Assembly: GCA_009692945.1 (NCBI GenBank)
Contig: SHYD01000001.1
Location: forward strand, 11,898 to 75,897
Length of the DNA stretch: 64,000 nt
Source of the DNA: Dehalococcoidia bacterium
GTDB taxonomy: Bacteria; Chloroflexota; Dehalococcoidia; SHYD01
Reading direction: 5' to 3'
Both the position numbers and the translations under genes were made by a program. This document shows positions 18,868 through 29,746 of this stretch, one piece after another. How positions within the stretch are numbered: position 1 is the stretch's first letter; the number at the start of each line of letters is the position of its first letter. The notes beneath the pieces are model-generated. The model was not told where the DNA came from. It worked only from the letters and a program-made list of their open reading frames with translations, and ran no database searches.

Positions 18868-20178
18868 ATGTTGACCCGAGAAGATAACGAACTCATCTGC
18901 CGCACCGGACCCGGCACCCTCATGGGTGAACTGTGGCGGCGGTTCTGGGTACCGGCCCTCATGGCCTGGGAACTGCCGGAGCCGGACTGCGCCCCGGTGC
19001 GGGTCAGGCTGCTGAGCGAGGACATGATCGCCTACCGCGACAGCTCGGGCCGGGTGGGGTTGTTGGCTGCCAACTGCCCCCACCGCGGCGCCTCGCTGTT
19101 CTTCGGCCGCAACGAAGAGGACGGGCTGCGGTGTGTCTATCATGGCTGGAAGTTCGACCTCCAGGGCAATTGTGTCGACATGCCCAACGAGCCGGCCGAG
19201 AGCAATTTCAAGCACAAGATCAAGCACACCTCCTACCCCTGCATGGAACGGGCCGGCATCATTTGGACCTACATGGGGCCGAAGCACCTGGAACCGGAGA
19301 TGCCGCAACTCCCCTGGATGGCGCTGAACGATGACAGCCGGTACACGCTGAAGTTCCTGGTGGAGTGCAACTTCCTCCAGGCGATGGAGGGTGACATCGA
19401 CAACAGCCACGTCGCCTTCGCCCATGGGAAGATCGACCCGGACACCAGCAAGCCGTTCCTGGACCGGATGAACTTTGCCGGCGTCCGCATACCCGGGCAG
19501 CCGGCCACCCCGTATTACATCTCAGATAAGACCCCGCGTGGGATCATCAAAGACACCGAATACGGACTCATGATGGGCTGGCGCCGAACCCTCGACGAGG
19601 ACACCTATCTGTGGCACATCAACCACTGGTTCATGCCCCACTCCACGGTGATGGGCACCCTGAAGGGTGGGACGTTCCTGTCCAACATGCGGGTGCCGAT
19701 CGACGACGAGCATAGCTGGCAGTTCCGCATCAAGTGGAACACCTTCCGGCCGCTCTCCGAAGCCGAACTCCACGAGTACAAGCACGGCGGGACCATGTTT
19801 CCCGAACTGATCCCCGGCACCTTCCGCTGCGTCGAAAACCGGGACAACGACTATCTGGTCGACCGCGAGAAGCAGCGGACGTCGCTGGTAACCGGCATCA
19901 AGTCGCAGACGCAGCAGGACCGGGCGGTCAATGAACCGCCTCCCACCGGGCCCATCTACGACCGCTCCAAGGAGCATTTGGGAACGTCCGATGCGGTGAT
20001 CATTCAGATGCGGCGGACCTTCCTGCGCGCCGCACGCGCCCTAGCCAACGGCCAGGAGCCCTACGCTGCCCACCACGGCTCGATCTACGACGTGCGGCCC
20101 ATCGACCTCGATCTCAAAATGAACGTTCCCTTCGAAGAGGGAGCGCGCCAGTTCCTCTACGGCCACCGGGCGCGGTAG
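18868..20178 (+). CDS. Rieske [2Fe-2S] non-heme iron oxygenase, alpha-subunit-like (VanA/KshA/phthalate-dioxygenase type)
   Basis: Rieske CPHRGASL...CVYHGWKF. Mononuclear Fe site DNSHVAFAH (D-x2-H-x4-H). 436 aa. 38 nt after the SBP gene, so probably co-transcribed. Confidence 0.85.
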   Translation: MLTREDNELICRTGPGTLMGELWRRFWVPALMAWELPEPDCAPVRVRLLSEDMIAYRDSSGRVGLLAANCPHRGASLFFGRNEEDGLRCVYHGWKFDLQGNCVDMPNEPAESNFKHKIKHTSYPCMERAGIIWTYMGPKHLEPEMPQLPWMALNDDSRYTLKFLVECNFLQAMEGDIDNSHVAFAHGKIDPDTSKPFLDRMNFAGVRIPGQPATPYYISDKTPRGIIKDTEYGLMMGWRRTLDEDTYLWHINHWFMPHSTVMGTLKGGTFLSNMRVPIDDEHSWQFRIKWNTFRPLSEAELHEYKHGGTMFPELIPGTFRCVENRDNDYLVDREKQRTSLVTGIKSQTQQDRAVNEPPPTGPIYDRSKEHLGTSDAVIIQMRRTFLRAARALANGQEPYAAHHGSIYDVRPIDLDLKMNVPFEEGARQFLYGHRAR

Positions 20179-20190
20179 CGGCTAGAGCTA

Positions 20191-20240
20191 ACGTAAGACA
20201 GGGGGCAGGTCTGAGACCTGCCCCCTGTCTTACGTTTCAG
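20191..20240. terminator. Bidirectional intrinsic terminator (21-bp perfect stem)
   Basis: acgtaagacagggggcaggtc-tga-gacctgccccctgtcttacgt followed by TTTCAG. Sits between the convergent Rieske (+) and gyrA (-) genes. Confidence 0.8.
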
Positions 20241-20250
20241 AGCCCCTCGC

Positions 20251-22746
20251 CTACTCGTTGTCTTGCGGGTCCTCCTCGGGGACATCGACCAATTGGATCT
20301 GGGTGGCGCCATCGCCGAGCGTACCATTGAAGCAGGCCACTGATACCACATGGTCCTCGGATTCAGGATGCATCACCGTCACGCCTTCGGTGGACCGCCC
20401 ATAGCGAGAAACGCTGTCCACCCAGGTGCGCAGCACGATCCCCTTGAGGGTGATGAGCATGAGCTCTTGGAGCGGCCACACCACCCGGGCGGCCACCACC
20501 TCCCCTTTCTTGTCAGTCAGCTTCATTGCGATGACGCCGCTGCCGCCGCGGTTGTGCACCGGGAACTTTGTCAACTCCGTTCGTTTGCCGAATCCGTTGC
20601 TGGAGATTACCAGCAGATCGGCGCCCGGCAGCACCACGTCCATCGCCACCAGGCGGTCGCCGTCGGCGAGCCTGATGCCACGCACCCCGCCGCTGATGCG
20701 GGAGGCGGTGCGGAGCTGCGATTCGTGAAACCGCACTGACTGACCGCTGGCGGTGACCAGCAGCAGGTCGTCCCCCTTATTGGCGGTCCGTGCCGCGATC
20801 AATTCGTCGCCCTCTTCCAGGTCGGTGGCGATCAGGCCGGAACTCCGCACCTGCATGAACTCTTTGATAGGCGTCTTTTTCACCTCGCCCATGCGAGTGG
20901 CCATGATCAAGTAGTCGTAGCGAGAGTAGTCGTCCACCTTGAGGATCTCGGTCACCTTCTCATCTTGTGAGAGGTTGACGAGTTGGATCCAAGGGACGCC
21001 CCGGCCCTGGCGGGATGCGTCCGGCACCTCGTAGGTCTTGATCTGGTAGACCTTGCCCTTGTCGGTGAAGATGAGCAGGGAGTCGTGGGTGTCGGCGATG
21101 CGGAGATGGTGAACGGCATCCCGCTCACGGGTCTGCATCCCCAGCACGCCGCGGCCGCCACGATGCTGCCGGCGGTAGGTATCGGCCGGCACGCGCTTCA
21201 CATAGCCGCGCTGGCTCTGGGTGACCACCACCTCCATATGGGGGATGAGGTCCTCGTCGGTGATCTCCGTCGCTTCCTGGTCGTTGACCGCGGTGCGCCG
21301 GGGGTCTCCGAACTTCTTCTTCAGTTCGGCGCAGTCCTCTTTGATCAGGAAATCGATCTTGACCGGGTTGGCCAGCAGGTCCTCCAGGTAGGCGATGTTC
21401 TTGAGGACTTCGGCCAACTCCTCCTCGGTCTTCTGGCGTTCCAGCCGCGCCAACCGGCGGAGCTGCATATCGAGGATAGCATTGGCCTGGAGTTCGCTGA
21501 GCCCAAACCCCTGTTGCAGGTTGGTGCGGGCCGCCTCAACACTCTCCGATCCCCGGATGGCCTGGATGACTGCATCCAGGTTGTCCAGGGCGATCTTGAG
21601 CCCTTCCAGGATATGGGCCCGGTCCTGGGCCTTTTTAAGTTCGAACTCGGAACGGCGGCGAATGACCACTCGCCGGAAATCGATGAAGTACTGGACCATC
21701 TGTTTGAGGCCCAACACTCGAGGCTGGCCGTCCACCAGCGCCAGCATGTTGATGTGGAACGACGACTGCATGGCGGAGTGCTTATACAGGGCGTTCAGCA
21801 CCTGCCTCGGCTGCGCTTCCCGCTTCAGTTCGAAGACCACCCGCATGCCGTGGCGGTCGGACTCGTCCCGCAAGTCACTGATGCCCTCGATCTTCTTGTC
21901 CCGCACCAGGTCGGCGATCCGCTCCACCATCGCGGCTTTATTGACCTGGAACGGCAATTCGGTGACCACGATCTGGAAGCGTCCGCCACGAGCCATCTCC
22001 TCGATGTGGGCTTTCGCTTGGACCACCACGCGTCCCTTGCCGCTGGCGTAGGCCTGGGTGAAGCCATCACGGCCCAGAATCGTGCCACCGGTGGGGAAGT
22101 CCGGCCCTCGCACCACGGCTCCGAGCTCCTCCACCCCAGCCTCGGGATTGTCCAGCAGCAGGACCACCGCGTCGCAGATCTCGCTCAGGTTATGGGGTGG
22201 GATATTCGTCGCCATTCCCACCGCAATGCCGGAACTGCCGTTGATCAGCAGGTTGGGGATGCGGGCCGGCAGCACCGTAGGCTCCCGCAGCGAGTCGTCA
22301 AAGTTCGCCGCGAAGTCCACCGTGTCCTGGTCGATGTTGGCCAGCATCTCTTCGGCAATGGCTGCCAAGCGCGCTTCGGTGTAACGCATGGCGGCGGGCG
22401 GGTCGTTGTCGACGCTGCCGAAGTTGCCCTGCCCGTCGACCAAGGGGTACCGCATCGAGAAGTCCTGGGCCATGCGGACCTGAGAGTCGTACACCGGGCC
22501 ATCACCGTGGGGATGGTACTTGCCGAGCACTTCTCCGACGATGCGGGCGCTCTTCTTGTAGGGACGGTTGGGTCGCAGGCCCAGTTCGTCCATCGCGTAG
22601 AGGATGCGGCGATGCACCGGCTTCAGGCCATCCCGAACGTCGGGCAGGGCACGGGAGACAATCACGCTCATCGCGTAGTCCAGGTAGGACCCGCGCATCT
22701 CCTCTTCGATACGTACCGGCCGGATGCGGTCGCTGGCTTCAGCCAT
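20251..22746 (-). CDS. gyrA: DNA gyrase subunit A
   Basis: ..[29 protein letters not shown]..; ..[18 protein letters not shown].. QRDR region; C-terminal beta-pinwheel. 831 aa. No gyrB adjacent. Confidence 0.95.
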   Translation of the reverse strand: MAEASDRIRPVRIEEEMRGSYLDYAMSVIVSRALPDVRDGLKPVHRRILYAMDELGLRPNRPYKKSARIVGEVLGKYHPHGDGPVYDSQVRMAQDFSMRYPLVDGQGNFGSVDNDPPAAMRYTEARLAAIAEEMLANIDQDTVDFAANFDDSLREPTVLPARIPNLLINGSSGIAVGMATNIPPHNLSEICDAVVLLLDNPEAGVEELGAVVRGPDFPTGGTILGRDGFTQAYASGKGRVVVQAKAHIEEMARGGRFQIVVTELPFQVNKAAMVERIADLVRDKKIEGISDLRDESDRHGMRVVFELKREAQPRQVLNALYKHSAMQSSFHINMLALVDGQPRVLGLKQMVQYFIDFRRVVIRRRSEFELKKAQDRAHILEGLKIALDNLDAVIQAIRGSESVEAARTNLQQGFGLSELQANAILDMQLRRLARLERQKTEEELAEVLKNIAYLEDLLANPVKIDFLIKEDCAELKKKFGDPRRTAVNDQEATEITDEDLIPHMEVVVTQSQRGYVKRVPADTYRRQHRGGRGVLGMQTRERDAVHHLRIADTHDSLLIFTDKGKVYQIKTYEVPDASRQGRGVPWIQLVNLSQDEKVTEILKVDDYSRYDYLIMATRMGEVKKTPIKEFMQVRSSGLIATDLEEGDELIAARTANKGDDLLLVTASGQSVRFHESQLRTASRISGGVRGIRLADGDRLVAMDVVLPGADLLVISSNGFGKRTELTKFPVHNRGGSGVIAMKLTDKKGEVVAARVVWPLQELMLITLKGIVLRTWVDSVSRYGRSTEGVTVMHPESEDHVVSVACFNGTLGDGATQIQLVDVPEEDPQDNE

Positions 22747-22835
22747 AAGGGCTCCTTGTTAACGGTTCAGGGGCATTGGAACGGTTCTTGAATCGGATCG
22801 CCTCGTCCCGGCATCGAGGTGGCCAGACATCGGGT

Positions 22836-23555
22836 TCAAGGCCGGGCGGCGGTGGCGGGGGTGCGCGCAGCGGCGACCAGCGCGCCGAATAGCCCATCCA
22901 GTTCCAGCGGGGTCTCCCACGACCGCTCCGGGTGGCACTGGACGCCAATTACCCAGCGATGTTGGCTGCTCTCCACCGCTTCCACGGTGCCGTCAGGGCT
23001 GTACGCAACGACGTCTAACCCGGGAGCGATCGCCTTCAGCGCTTGGTGGTGGAGGCTGTTGGTTTCGATGGTATCGACGATCCCCAACATGGCCGCCAGC
23101 CGGGAGGCGGGATCGAACTGGACCTCGTGGAAGGCGGGATGGCCATCGGCCTGTTCTGCGTGGTGGTCGATATGCTGGTGCAGGGTGCCGCCGAGCGCCA
23201 CGTTGAGCACCTGCATCCCTCGGCAAACGCCCAGCACCGGAAGATCGCGGGCCAGCGCCGCGCGCAGGAGTGGGATTTCCAGGGCATCCCGCTGGCGGCT
23301 CCCCTCGGATAGAGCGGTCCTGGGATGAGCGCCGTCGCCGTAGTGCATCGGATCGATGTCTGCCCCGCCGCTCAGCAATAGGCCATCGATCTGCCGGATG
23401 ACTTCTGCGATATCATCGCCCGGCCGGACCCACCTTACCGTTCCACCCGCCCGCTCCACGCCATCCGCATAGTTGCCGAAGATGGCCGCATCCGATGGAT
23501 CGCGCAGGCTGCGAGTGATACCGATGGTGGTTGGCAGGGGGGCGCTCATCAACAT
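22836..23555 (-). CDS. Class I glutamine amidotransferase-like hydrolase (peptidase C26 / PuuD family)
   Basis: ..LLLSGGADIDP..; catalytic GVCRGMQVLNVALGG..H..; ..VIGVQCHPE. The probable start is MLMSAPLPTT (23555) rather than the six-frame start at 23627. Confidence 0.75.
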   Translation of the reverse strand: MLMSAPLPTTIGITRSLRDPSDAAIFGNYADGVERAGGTVRWVRPGDDIAEVIRQIDGLLLSGGADIDPMHYGDGAHPRTALSEGSRQRDALEIPLLRAALARDLPVLGVCRGMQVLNVALGGTLHQHIDHHAEQADGHPAFHEVQFDPASRLAAMLGIVDTIETNSLHHQALKAIAPGLDVVAYSPDGTVEAVESSQHRWVIGVQCHPERSWETPLELDGLFGALVAAARTPATAARP

Positions 23556-23584
23556 GTAGTATACCACGATACCCTCCAGATCAC

Positions 23585-23615
23585 GTTTGACACCCAATTC
23601 CGGCCCGTGGTAAGC
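23585..23615 (+). promoter_or_regulatory. Possible promoter for the ilv leader (TTGACA-N19-TAAGCT)
   Basis: cgtttgacacccaattccggcccgtggtaagct. The spacer is 19 nt, which is longer than optimal. Confidence 0.3.
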
Positions 23616-23651
23616 TATCGGTACCAAAATTGGTGCGGAGTGGTGCTTCGG

Positions 23652-23753
23652 ATGCCTGCACGAGCCGAAAACGGCGGAACCAACACCAGGGCACCGGTCC
23701 TGCGCAACGTGGTTGCCACCGTTGGCGCGCTCCTTATTGTCGTAGTAGTTTAG
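23652..23753 (+). CDS. ilv leader peptide (33 aa) ending in a run of branched-chain residues
   Basis: ATG..TAG encodes MPARAENGGTNTRAPVLRNVVATVGALLIVVVV. The last 7 codons are Leu/Ile/Val and the peptide has 10 BCAA overall. It is followed by hairpins and an intrinsic terminator upstream of ilvD. Confidence 0.65.
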   Translation: MPARAENGGTNTRAPVLRNVVATVGALLIVVVV

Positions 23754-23848
23754 CCGGCCCGTGAGGCCGGCCTGAGGGCGGATGAGCCTGAGTCCGGCGG
23801 TAGGCGCAACAGCGCCAGCGCTCCACCTGTAACCAAGTGAACAACACC

Positions 23849-23879
23849 GGCTCCCGCCTCAGGCGGGAGTTTTGTTTTG
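23849..23879 (+). terminator. Attenuator terminator upstream of ilvD
   Basis: ggctcccgcc-tcag-gcgggag followed by TTTTGTTTTG. An upstream hairpin gccggcccgtgaggccggc (23754-23772) overlaps the leader stop codon. Confidence 0.65.
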
Positions 23880-23954
23880 ATACGGAACCGCCGGGTGCGG
23901 CCCAAGCCCGCCGGAACCGTTGCCCGGACATAGGGACACGAGGAGGCTAACACT

Positions 23955-25616
23955 ATGGCGTTACCCAGCGACGCGATCAAACTGGGCATCGAACGGGCGC
24001 CCAATCGATCGATGCTCTATGCCGTCGGCTTCACCCAGGAAGACTTTAGCAAGCCATGGATCGGCGTGGCCAGTTGTTGGAGCGAGGGGACTCCCTGCAA
24101 CTTCAACAACCACCGGCTGGCGGGCGATGTCAAGGCCGGGATCGCTGCCTCCGGCGGGCTGGGCAAGGAGTTCAACACCATCTCGGTCACCGACGGCATC
24201 GCCATGGGGACCGAGGGCATGAAGGCTTCGCTCCCCAGCCGGGAGATCATCGCCGATTCCATCGAACTCTACATCCGAGGCCATAGTTATGACGGCCTGG
24301 TCGCCATCGGCGGGTGCGACAAGACCAACCCGGGTGGATTGATGGCCTTGGCGCGGCTGAATGTCCCGGGAATCTTTGTCTATGGCGGGAGCATCATGCC
24401 GGGGCGGTTCCGGGGGAAGGATGTCACCATCCAGGATATCTTCGAGGCCGTCGGCGCCCATGCCGCAGGGAAGATAACGGCGGAGGATGTCTACGAATTG
24501 GAACGGGTGGCCTGCCCCGGCGAGGGCGCGTGCGGCGGGATGTTCACCGCCAACACGATGTCCAGCGCCAGCGAAGCCCTGGGAATGGCACTGCCCTTCA
24601 GCGCCTCTATCCCCGCCATCGACCAGGCTCGGGAGGAGTTGTGCCGGGCAACGGGCGCGGCGGTGATGGACCTGATCCAGCGCAACATCCGTCCTCGGGA
24701 CATCCTCACCCGCGACGCCTTCTTCAACACCATCGCCGTGGTGGAGGCGCTGGGCGGCTCCACCAACGCGGTGTTGCACCTATTGGCCCTGGCCAAAGAG
24801 GCGGGCGTCAGTCTGACGATAGATGATTTCGACCGGATCAGCGCCAAGGTCCCACACATTGGCGACCTCAAGCCGTCCGGCCGTTACGTGATGTACGACC
24901 TGCATGTGGCGGGCGGCGTACCCATGGTGATGAAGGCGCTGCTGGACGCTGGGCTCCTGAACGGCGACTGCCTGACGGTGACCGGCAAAACCGTACGCGA
25001 AAACCTGGCAGCAATCGAGTGGAACGCACAGCAGGACGTGGTCCGCCCGCTTGCCGACCCACTGGCGCCGGGGGGCACCATGGTCATCCTCCGGGGTAAC
25101 CTATCGCCGGAAGGCTGCGTTATGAAGATCGGAGGCCTGAAAAACACGACCCTCACCGGACCGGCCAGGGTGTTCGACGACGAGGAAGCAGCGATGAAGG
25201 CGGTCACGGAGCGCCGCATCGTAGCGGGTGATGTGGTGATCATTCGCTACGAGGGGCCGAAGGGCGGACCAGGCATGAGGGAGATGCTGGCGGTCACCTC
25301 GGCGCTCTCGGGCCAGGGGTTGGGCGGCGAGGTGGCACTCATCACCGACGGCCGGTTCTCAGGCGCCACCCACGGCATGATGATCGCCCACGTCGCCCCC
25401 GAGGCCGCGGTGGGCGGCCCCATCGCTGCGGTGCAGGACGGCGACCGCGTCACGGTGGACGCGGCAAACCGCCGCATTCACCTTGATGTCTCGGAGGCCG
25501 AGATCGCCCAAAGGCTGTCCCGGTGGACGCCTCCCGCCCCCCGCTACACCTGGGGGGCGCTGGCGAAATATGCTAAGTTGGTGAGTTCGGCGGCCGAAGG
25601 GGCCGTCTGCGGATGA
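23955..25616 (+). CDS. ilvD: Dihydroxy-acid dehydratase
   Basis: ..[17 protein letters not shown]..; ..[11 protein letters not shown]..; ILVD/EDD family. 553 aa. Confidence 0.95.
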   Translation: MALPSDAIKLGIERAPNRSMLYAVGFTQEDFSKPWIGVASCWSEGTPCNFNNHRLAGDVKAGIAASGGLGKEFNTISVTDGIAMGTEGMKASLPSREIIADSIELYIRGHSYDGLVAIGGCDKTNPGGLMALARLNVPGIFVYGGSIMPGRFRGKDVTIQDIFEAVGAHAAGKITAEDVYELERVACPGEGACGGMFTANTMSSASEALGMALPFSASIPAIDQAREELCRATGAAVMDLIQRNIRPRDILTRDAFFNTIAVVEALGGSTNAVLHLLALAKEAGVSLTIDDFDRISAKVPHIGDLKPSGRYVMYDLHVAGGVPMVMKALLDAGLLNGDCLTVTGKTVRENLAAIEWNAQQDVVRPLADPLAPGGTMVILRGNLSPEGCVMKIGGLKNTTLTGPARVFDDEEAAMKAVTERRIVAGDVVIIRYEGPKGGPGMREMLAVTSALSGQGLGGEVALITDGRFSGATHGMMIAHVAPEAAVGGPIAAVQDGDRVTVDAANRRIHLDVSEAEIAQRLSRWTPPAPRYTWGALAKYAKLVSSAAEGAVCG

Positions 25617-25662
25617 CGAGTTCGAGCGCCACAACGCTCCTAACGTAGGGAAAGGCCAAGCG

Positions 25663-27378
25663 ATGAAGCGAACAGGAGCCCAGATCGTCTTCGAGTGTTT
25701 GCTCCGCGAGGGAGTACGGCACATTTTTGGGTACCCCGGGGGGGCCAACCTCCCGCTGTACGACACCTTTAAGGACTATCCCCAGATCCAGCATATTCTG
25801 GTGCGCCACGAACAGAGCGCCGCCCATGCCGCCGACGCCTACGCCCGGGTCACCGGCGACGCAGGAGTCTGCTTTGCCACCTCCGGGCCCGGCGCAACCA
25901 ACCTGGTGACCGGTATCGCCACCGCCTGGATGGACTCAGTCCCGATCGTGTGCGTCACCGGAGCGGTGGTCACCTCACTGATCGGACGCGACGGCTTCCA
26001 GGAAGCCGACATCACCGGCATCACGCTGCCTGTTACCAAGCACAATTATCTGGTGACCGACGTTCACGACATCGCCCGGGTGATGAAGGAGGCGTTCCAC
26101 ATCGCCCGGACCGGCCGCCCAGGTCCGGTGCTGGTCGATATTCCTCGAGACACCCAACAGATGACGGCCGACTTCCACTACCCCGAGACGGTGCACCTTC
26201 GGGGTTACCGCGTGCCCGGACATCCCGATCCGGCTGAGGTCAAGCGGGCGGCAAAGTTGATTGAGGAAGCCGAACGTCCGCTGATCCTCGCGGGGCATGG
26301 GGTCATTCTCTCGAAAGCGTACGACGAGTTGCTGGAACTCGCCGAGAAGTGCGACATCCCGGTGATCACCACCTTGCTGGGCATCAGCGGCTTCCCCGGC
26401 ACCCACCCGTTGTTCCAGGGGATGCCCGGCATGCACGGCATGTACTGGAACAATATGGCCATCAGCGAGTCCGACCTGCTGCTCGGCCTGGGGATGCGGT
26501 TCGACGACCGCGTTACCGGGCGCTTGAAGGACTTCGCACCCAATGCCAAGATCGTGCACGCCGACGTTGACCCGGCCGAGATGGGGAAAAACGTCCGGCC
26601 CACCGTGGCCTTGCTCGGCGATTTGAAGGCGACGCTGCAAGACCTCAACCGGGAGGTTGGCGGCAAGCGCCACCCGGACTGGAAGGCATGGCTGGCGCGG
26701 ACCCGGGCCGAACACCCCTCCATTACCATACCGGAAACCGACAAACTGCTGCCCCAATTCGTCCTGAAGCAACTCTACGAGGCCACCAAAGGCCAGGCGT
26801 ACGTCGTGACGGGTGTCGGACAACATCAGATGTGGGCTGCTCAGTACTATTGGTACGACCGGCCCAACTCCTTCGTCACCTCGGGGGGGTTGGGGACCAT
26901 GGGGTTCGAGGTTCCGGCGGCGCTGGGAGTCCAGGTCGCCCGGCCCAAGGATGTGGTGTGGTCGGTGGCGGGCGACGGCGGCTTCCAGATGACCATGCAG
27001 GAACTGGCCACGCTGGTGGAATACGAACTCCCGGTGAAATTCGCCCTGCTGAACAACGGCTATCTCGGCATGGTCAAACAGTGGCAGCAGCTCTTTTACA
27101 ACGACAACCGTTCCGCCGTCAAGATGTTCAACCCCGACTTCGTGAAACTGGCCGAGGCATTCGGAATGGTGGGGCTGCGGGTTACCGATAAGACCCAGGT
27201 GGCGCCGGCAATCGAGCAGGCGATGCGGCATCCCGGTCCGGTGCTGGTAGAGTTCGTGGTGGACGAAGACGAGAATTGCTATCCGATGGTCCCGCCGGGA
27301 GCGGCGCTCCAGGAGACCATCGATCAGCCGGCGATGGCGCCCGCCCGGCGGCGGGAGGAAGCGGTGAGCCGTTCATGA
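25663..27378 (+). CDS. ilvB: Acetolactate synthase large subunit
   Basis: MKRTGAQIVFECLLREGVRHIFGYPGG.. TPP enzyme. 571 aa. Confidence 0.93.
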   Translation: MKRTGAQIVFECLLREGVRHIFGYPGGANLPLYDTFKDYPQIQHILVRHEQSAAHAADAYARVTGDAGVCFATSGPGATNLVTGIATAWMDSVPIVCVTGAVVTSLIGRDGFQEADITGITLPVTKHNYLVTDVHDIARVMKEAFHIARTGRPGPVLVDIPRDTQQMTADFHYPETVHLRGYRVPGHPDPAEVKRAAKLIEEAERPLILAGHGVILSKAYDELLELAEKCDIPVITTLLGISGFPGTHPLFQGMPGMHGMYWNNMAISESDLLLGLGMRFDDRVTGRLKDFAPNAKIVHADVDPAEMGKNVRPTVALLGDLKATLQDLNREVGGKRHPDWKAWLARTRAEHPSITIPETDKLLPQFVLKQLYEATKGQAYVVTGVGQHQMWAAQYYWYDRPNSFVTSGGLGTMGFEVPAALGVQVARPKDVVWSVAGDGGFQMTMQELATLVEYELPVKFALLNNGYLGMVKQWQQLFYNDNRSAVKMFNPDFVKLAEAFGMVGLRVTDKTQVAPAIEQAMRHPGPVLVEFVVDEDENCYPMVPPGAALQETIDQPAMAPARRREEAVSRS

Positions 27379-27935
27379 GCAAGGAACTGCATACGATCGT
27401 CGCGTTGGTGGAAGACCGTCCGGGTGTGCTCAACCGTATCGTCAGCCGCTGGCGGCAGCGTGGCTTCAACATCGAGAGCCTCGCCGTCGGGCACTCCGAG
27501 ACTCCCGGGTTGTCCCGCATGACCTTCGTGGTGGACGCCGCCCACAACGATGTGGAGCAGGTGGTGAAGCAGGTGGATAAGCTGGTGGATATTGTCCACA
27601 TCGAGGACATCACCCACTTGGCCACCGTCAGCCGGGAACTGATCATGATCAAAGTGCGGTCAAACCCGGCGAACCGCAGCGCCATCCTTCAGATCGTGGA
27701 CATCTTCCGGGCCAACATCGTCGATGTGAGCACCGAGTCGCTCATCGTGGAGGCCACGGGCGACGAACAGAAGCTCGACTCGCTGGTGGAATTGCTGGAG
27801 GAGTTCGGCGTCATCGAACTGTGCCGCACTGGGCGGGTGGCGATGCAGCGGGGAGCAGAACGCGTCGGCCAGGACGAACCTCACCTGGTGCTGCCCCATC
27901 TCCACGGGGGACGGGCTCCGGGAGGGCTTTTCTAA
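27375..27935 (+). CDS. ilvN: Acetolactate synthase small (regulatory) subunit
   Basis: MSKELHTIVALVEDRPGVLNRIVSRWRQRGFNIESLAVG.. ACT domain. ATGA overlap with ilvB. Confidence 0.9.
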   Translation: MSKELHTIVALVEDRPGVLNRIVSRWRQRGFNIESLAVGHSETPGLSRMTFVVDAAHNDVEQVVKQVDKLVDIVHIEDITHLATVSRELIMIKVRSNPANRSAILQIVDIFRANIVDVSTESLIVEATGDEQKLDSLVELLEEFGVIELCRTGRVAMQRGAERVGQDEPHLVLPHLHGGRAPGGLF

Positions 27936-27974
27936 GCGACCCTCGGCCAGCCGTTGGGAGACCGAGCTATACTA

Positions 27975-28262
27975 GAGTCCCCGTGCAAGAGTTTAGACTC
28001 GGGATTCGGGCACGGGGGTGCAGGGGGCAAAGCCCTCCTGCCGGGGGACTGGGCATAGGAGTGGGCCCCTTTTTACTTCATGCCTGGATGAGGGCTTTGG
28101 GACGGGGGTGTACAGAGGGGGCGAAGCCCCTTCTGCCGGGGTGTGGGGTGTGCCCACACACAAACAAAGTGGGTGGGTGGGGGGTACAGCCTTGGAGGTT
28201 GTCCGAGGGGGAACACCCCCACTCCTCTGGGGACTGGGGGTGTTCCCCCAGAAACGGTCGAG
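27975..28262. repeat. Intergenic repeat, copy C
   Basis: Contains CATAGGAGTGGGC box, ..AGAGGGGGCGAAGCCCCTTCTGCCGGGGTGTGGGGTGTGCCCACACAC module (inverted orientation), GTGGGTGGGTGGGGGG tract, GGGGGAACACCCCCACTCC, GAAACGGTCGAGGAG. Confidence 0.75.
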
Positions 28263-28407
28263 GAGGCGCTCCGCGAACTTCAGGTGGTCTATGGCATGAT
28301 CTTGGAGGAGTTCGCTGAGGAGGGCAGAGCGTTACGGCCCCATACTACCGTGACGGCCGGCGCCCGCGAGCAATTCACTCAGTTTCGATAACCGGAAAGG
28401 AAGCAGC

Positions 28408-29409
28408 ATGGCAACAATTTTCTACGATCCAGATGCAGACGTAGCGCTGCTCCGGGATAAGCTCGTGGCTATCATCGGCTACGGCAGCCAGGGGCACGCC
28501 CACGCGCTCAATCTGAAGGACAGCGGCCTCAACGTCGTCGTCGGGTTGCATGAGGGTAGCCAAAGTGCCGGACGCGCCCGGGAAGCGGGCCTGCAGGTGG
28601 TATCGGTGGACCAGGCAGGCGCCGACGCCGACATCATCATGATGCTGGTCCCCGACCAGACGGCCAAACAGGTCTACGATCAATCGCTGGTCAAGCACAT
28701 GAAGCCCGGCAAGACGCTGATGTGGGCTCATGGCTTCAACGTGCACTTCAACCAGGTGGTGGCGCCGAAAGACATCGACGTGACCATGATCGCCCCCAAA
28801 GCGCCCGGCCACATGGTCCGCCAGGTGTTCACCGAAGGCTCGGGAACACCATGCCTGGTGGCCATTCATCAGGATGCCAGCGGCCGCGCCCGTGACATGG
28901 CGCTGGCCTACGCCAAGGGCATCGGGGGGACCAGGGCAGGCGTGCTCCTGACCACCTTCAAAGAGGAGACCGAGACCGACTTGTTCGGCGAGCAGGTCGT
29001 GCTGTGCGGCGGCATCTCGGCCCTGATGGAAGCCGCCTACGAAATCCTGGTTGAAGCGGGGTATCAGCCGGAGTCAGCCTACTTCGAATGCCTGCACGAG
29101 ATGAAGCTCATCGTCGATCTCATGTACTCGGGCGGCCTCGGCTACATGCGGTACTCCGTCAGCGACACCGCTGAATACGGCGATTACACCCGCGGTCCGC
29201 GCATCGTCAACGATGGGGTCAAGGCAGAGATGAAGAAGATCCTTCACGAAATCCAATCGGGCTCCTTCGCTCGAGAGTGGGTGCTGGAGAACCAAGCCAA
29301 CCGTGCCGGGTTCCTCTCGATGCGCCGGCAGCACGCCGAGCATCCCATCGAGCAGGTGGGGCGGGAGTTGCGGGCGATGATGCCGTGGCTCCCCAAGCCA
29401 CGGGAGTAG
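28408..29409 (+). CDS. ilvC: Ketol-acid reductoisomerase
   Basis: [40 protein letters not shown].. class I KARI. 333 aa. Confidence 0.95.
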   Translation: MATIFYDPDADVALLRDKLVAIIGYGSQGHAHALNLKDSGLNVVVGLHEGSQSAGRAREAGLQVVSVDQAGADADIIMMLVPDQTAKQVYDQSLVKHMKPGKTLMWAHGFNVHFNQVVAPKDIDVTMIAPKAPGHMVRQVFTEGSGTPCLVAIHQDASGRARDMALAYAKGIGGTRAGVLLTTFKEETETDLFGEQVVLCGGISALMEAAYEILVEAGYQPESAYFECLHEMKLIVDLMYSGGLGYMRYSVSDTAEYGDYTRGPRIVNDGVKAEMKKILHEIQSGSFAREWVLENQANRAGFLSMRRQHAEHPIEQVGRELRAMMPWLPKPRE

Positions 29410-29411
29410 GT

Positions 29412-29535
29412 ACCACGACCAGGGCTGAGGGATGAAAGACCTCGGGGGCAGGCGTGCAGAGGGCGGCAGCCCTTTGCCGGGGGGGTTGGGGTGTCCCCAA
29501 GAACCAATTCCTTTTCTTTTTTCTGGGAGTGGCGC
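29412..29535. repeat. Intergenic repeat, copy D (short)
   Basis: GCAGAGGGCGGCAGCCCTTTGCCGGGGGGGTTGGGGTGTCCCC and CCTTTTCTTTTTTCTGGGAGTGG box; compare copies F and J. Confidence 0.7.
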
Positions 29536-29746
29536 AGCAGAACGGTCGAGCGTCGCTCCCCGCTACACTGAGGGTGGAGAACCAGGCCAGGAGGCGAACA
29601 ATGAGGACACACAGGGGGTTTAGCGTAGCTCCGCCGATGGTGGCGGGCTACGTGGCGCTCTGACCGTGGTGCTTGGTGCGGGCGGGCCACCGGCTGGTCC
29701 GCGAGGGGTCTTGGGCTGACATACCACGGTTAGAGGAGTTACCACC

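Noticed and set aside
20983-22791. 602-aa plus-strand ORF antisense to gyrA
   Set aside because: Shadow ORF. gyrA on the minus strand is unambiguous.
23640-23950. T-box riboswitch upstream of ilvD
   Set aside because: I looked for the AGGGTGGNACCGCG T-box and a specifier stem and found nothing convincing. A Leu/Ile/Val-rich leader ORF plus terminator explains the region better.
23961-24779. 272-aa minus-strand ORF antisense to ilvD, plus the small minus-strand ORFs 23734-24004 over the attenuator
   Set aside because: Shadow ORFs. The region is better explained by the ilv leader peptide and attenuator on the plus strand and ilvD.
25975-27231. 418-aa minus-strand ORF antisense to ilvB
   Set aside because: Shadow ORF.
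29536-29746. Leucine leader peptide or T-box upstream of leuA
   Set aside because: The small ORFs there (for example MRTHRGFSVAPPMVAGYVAL) are not Leu-rich. No T-box consensus was recognisable, so the region is left unassigned.
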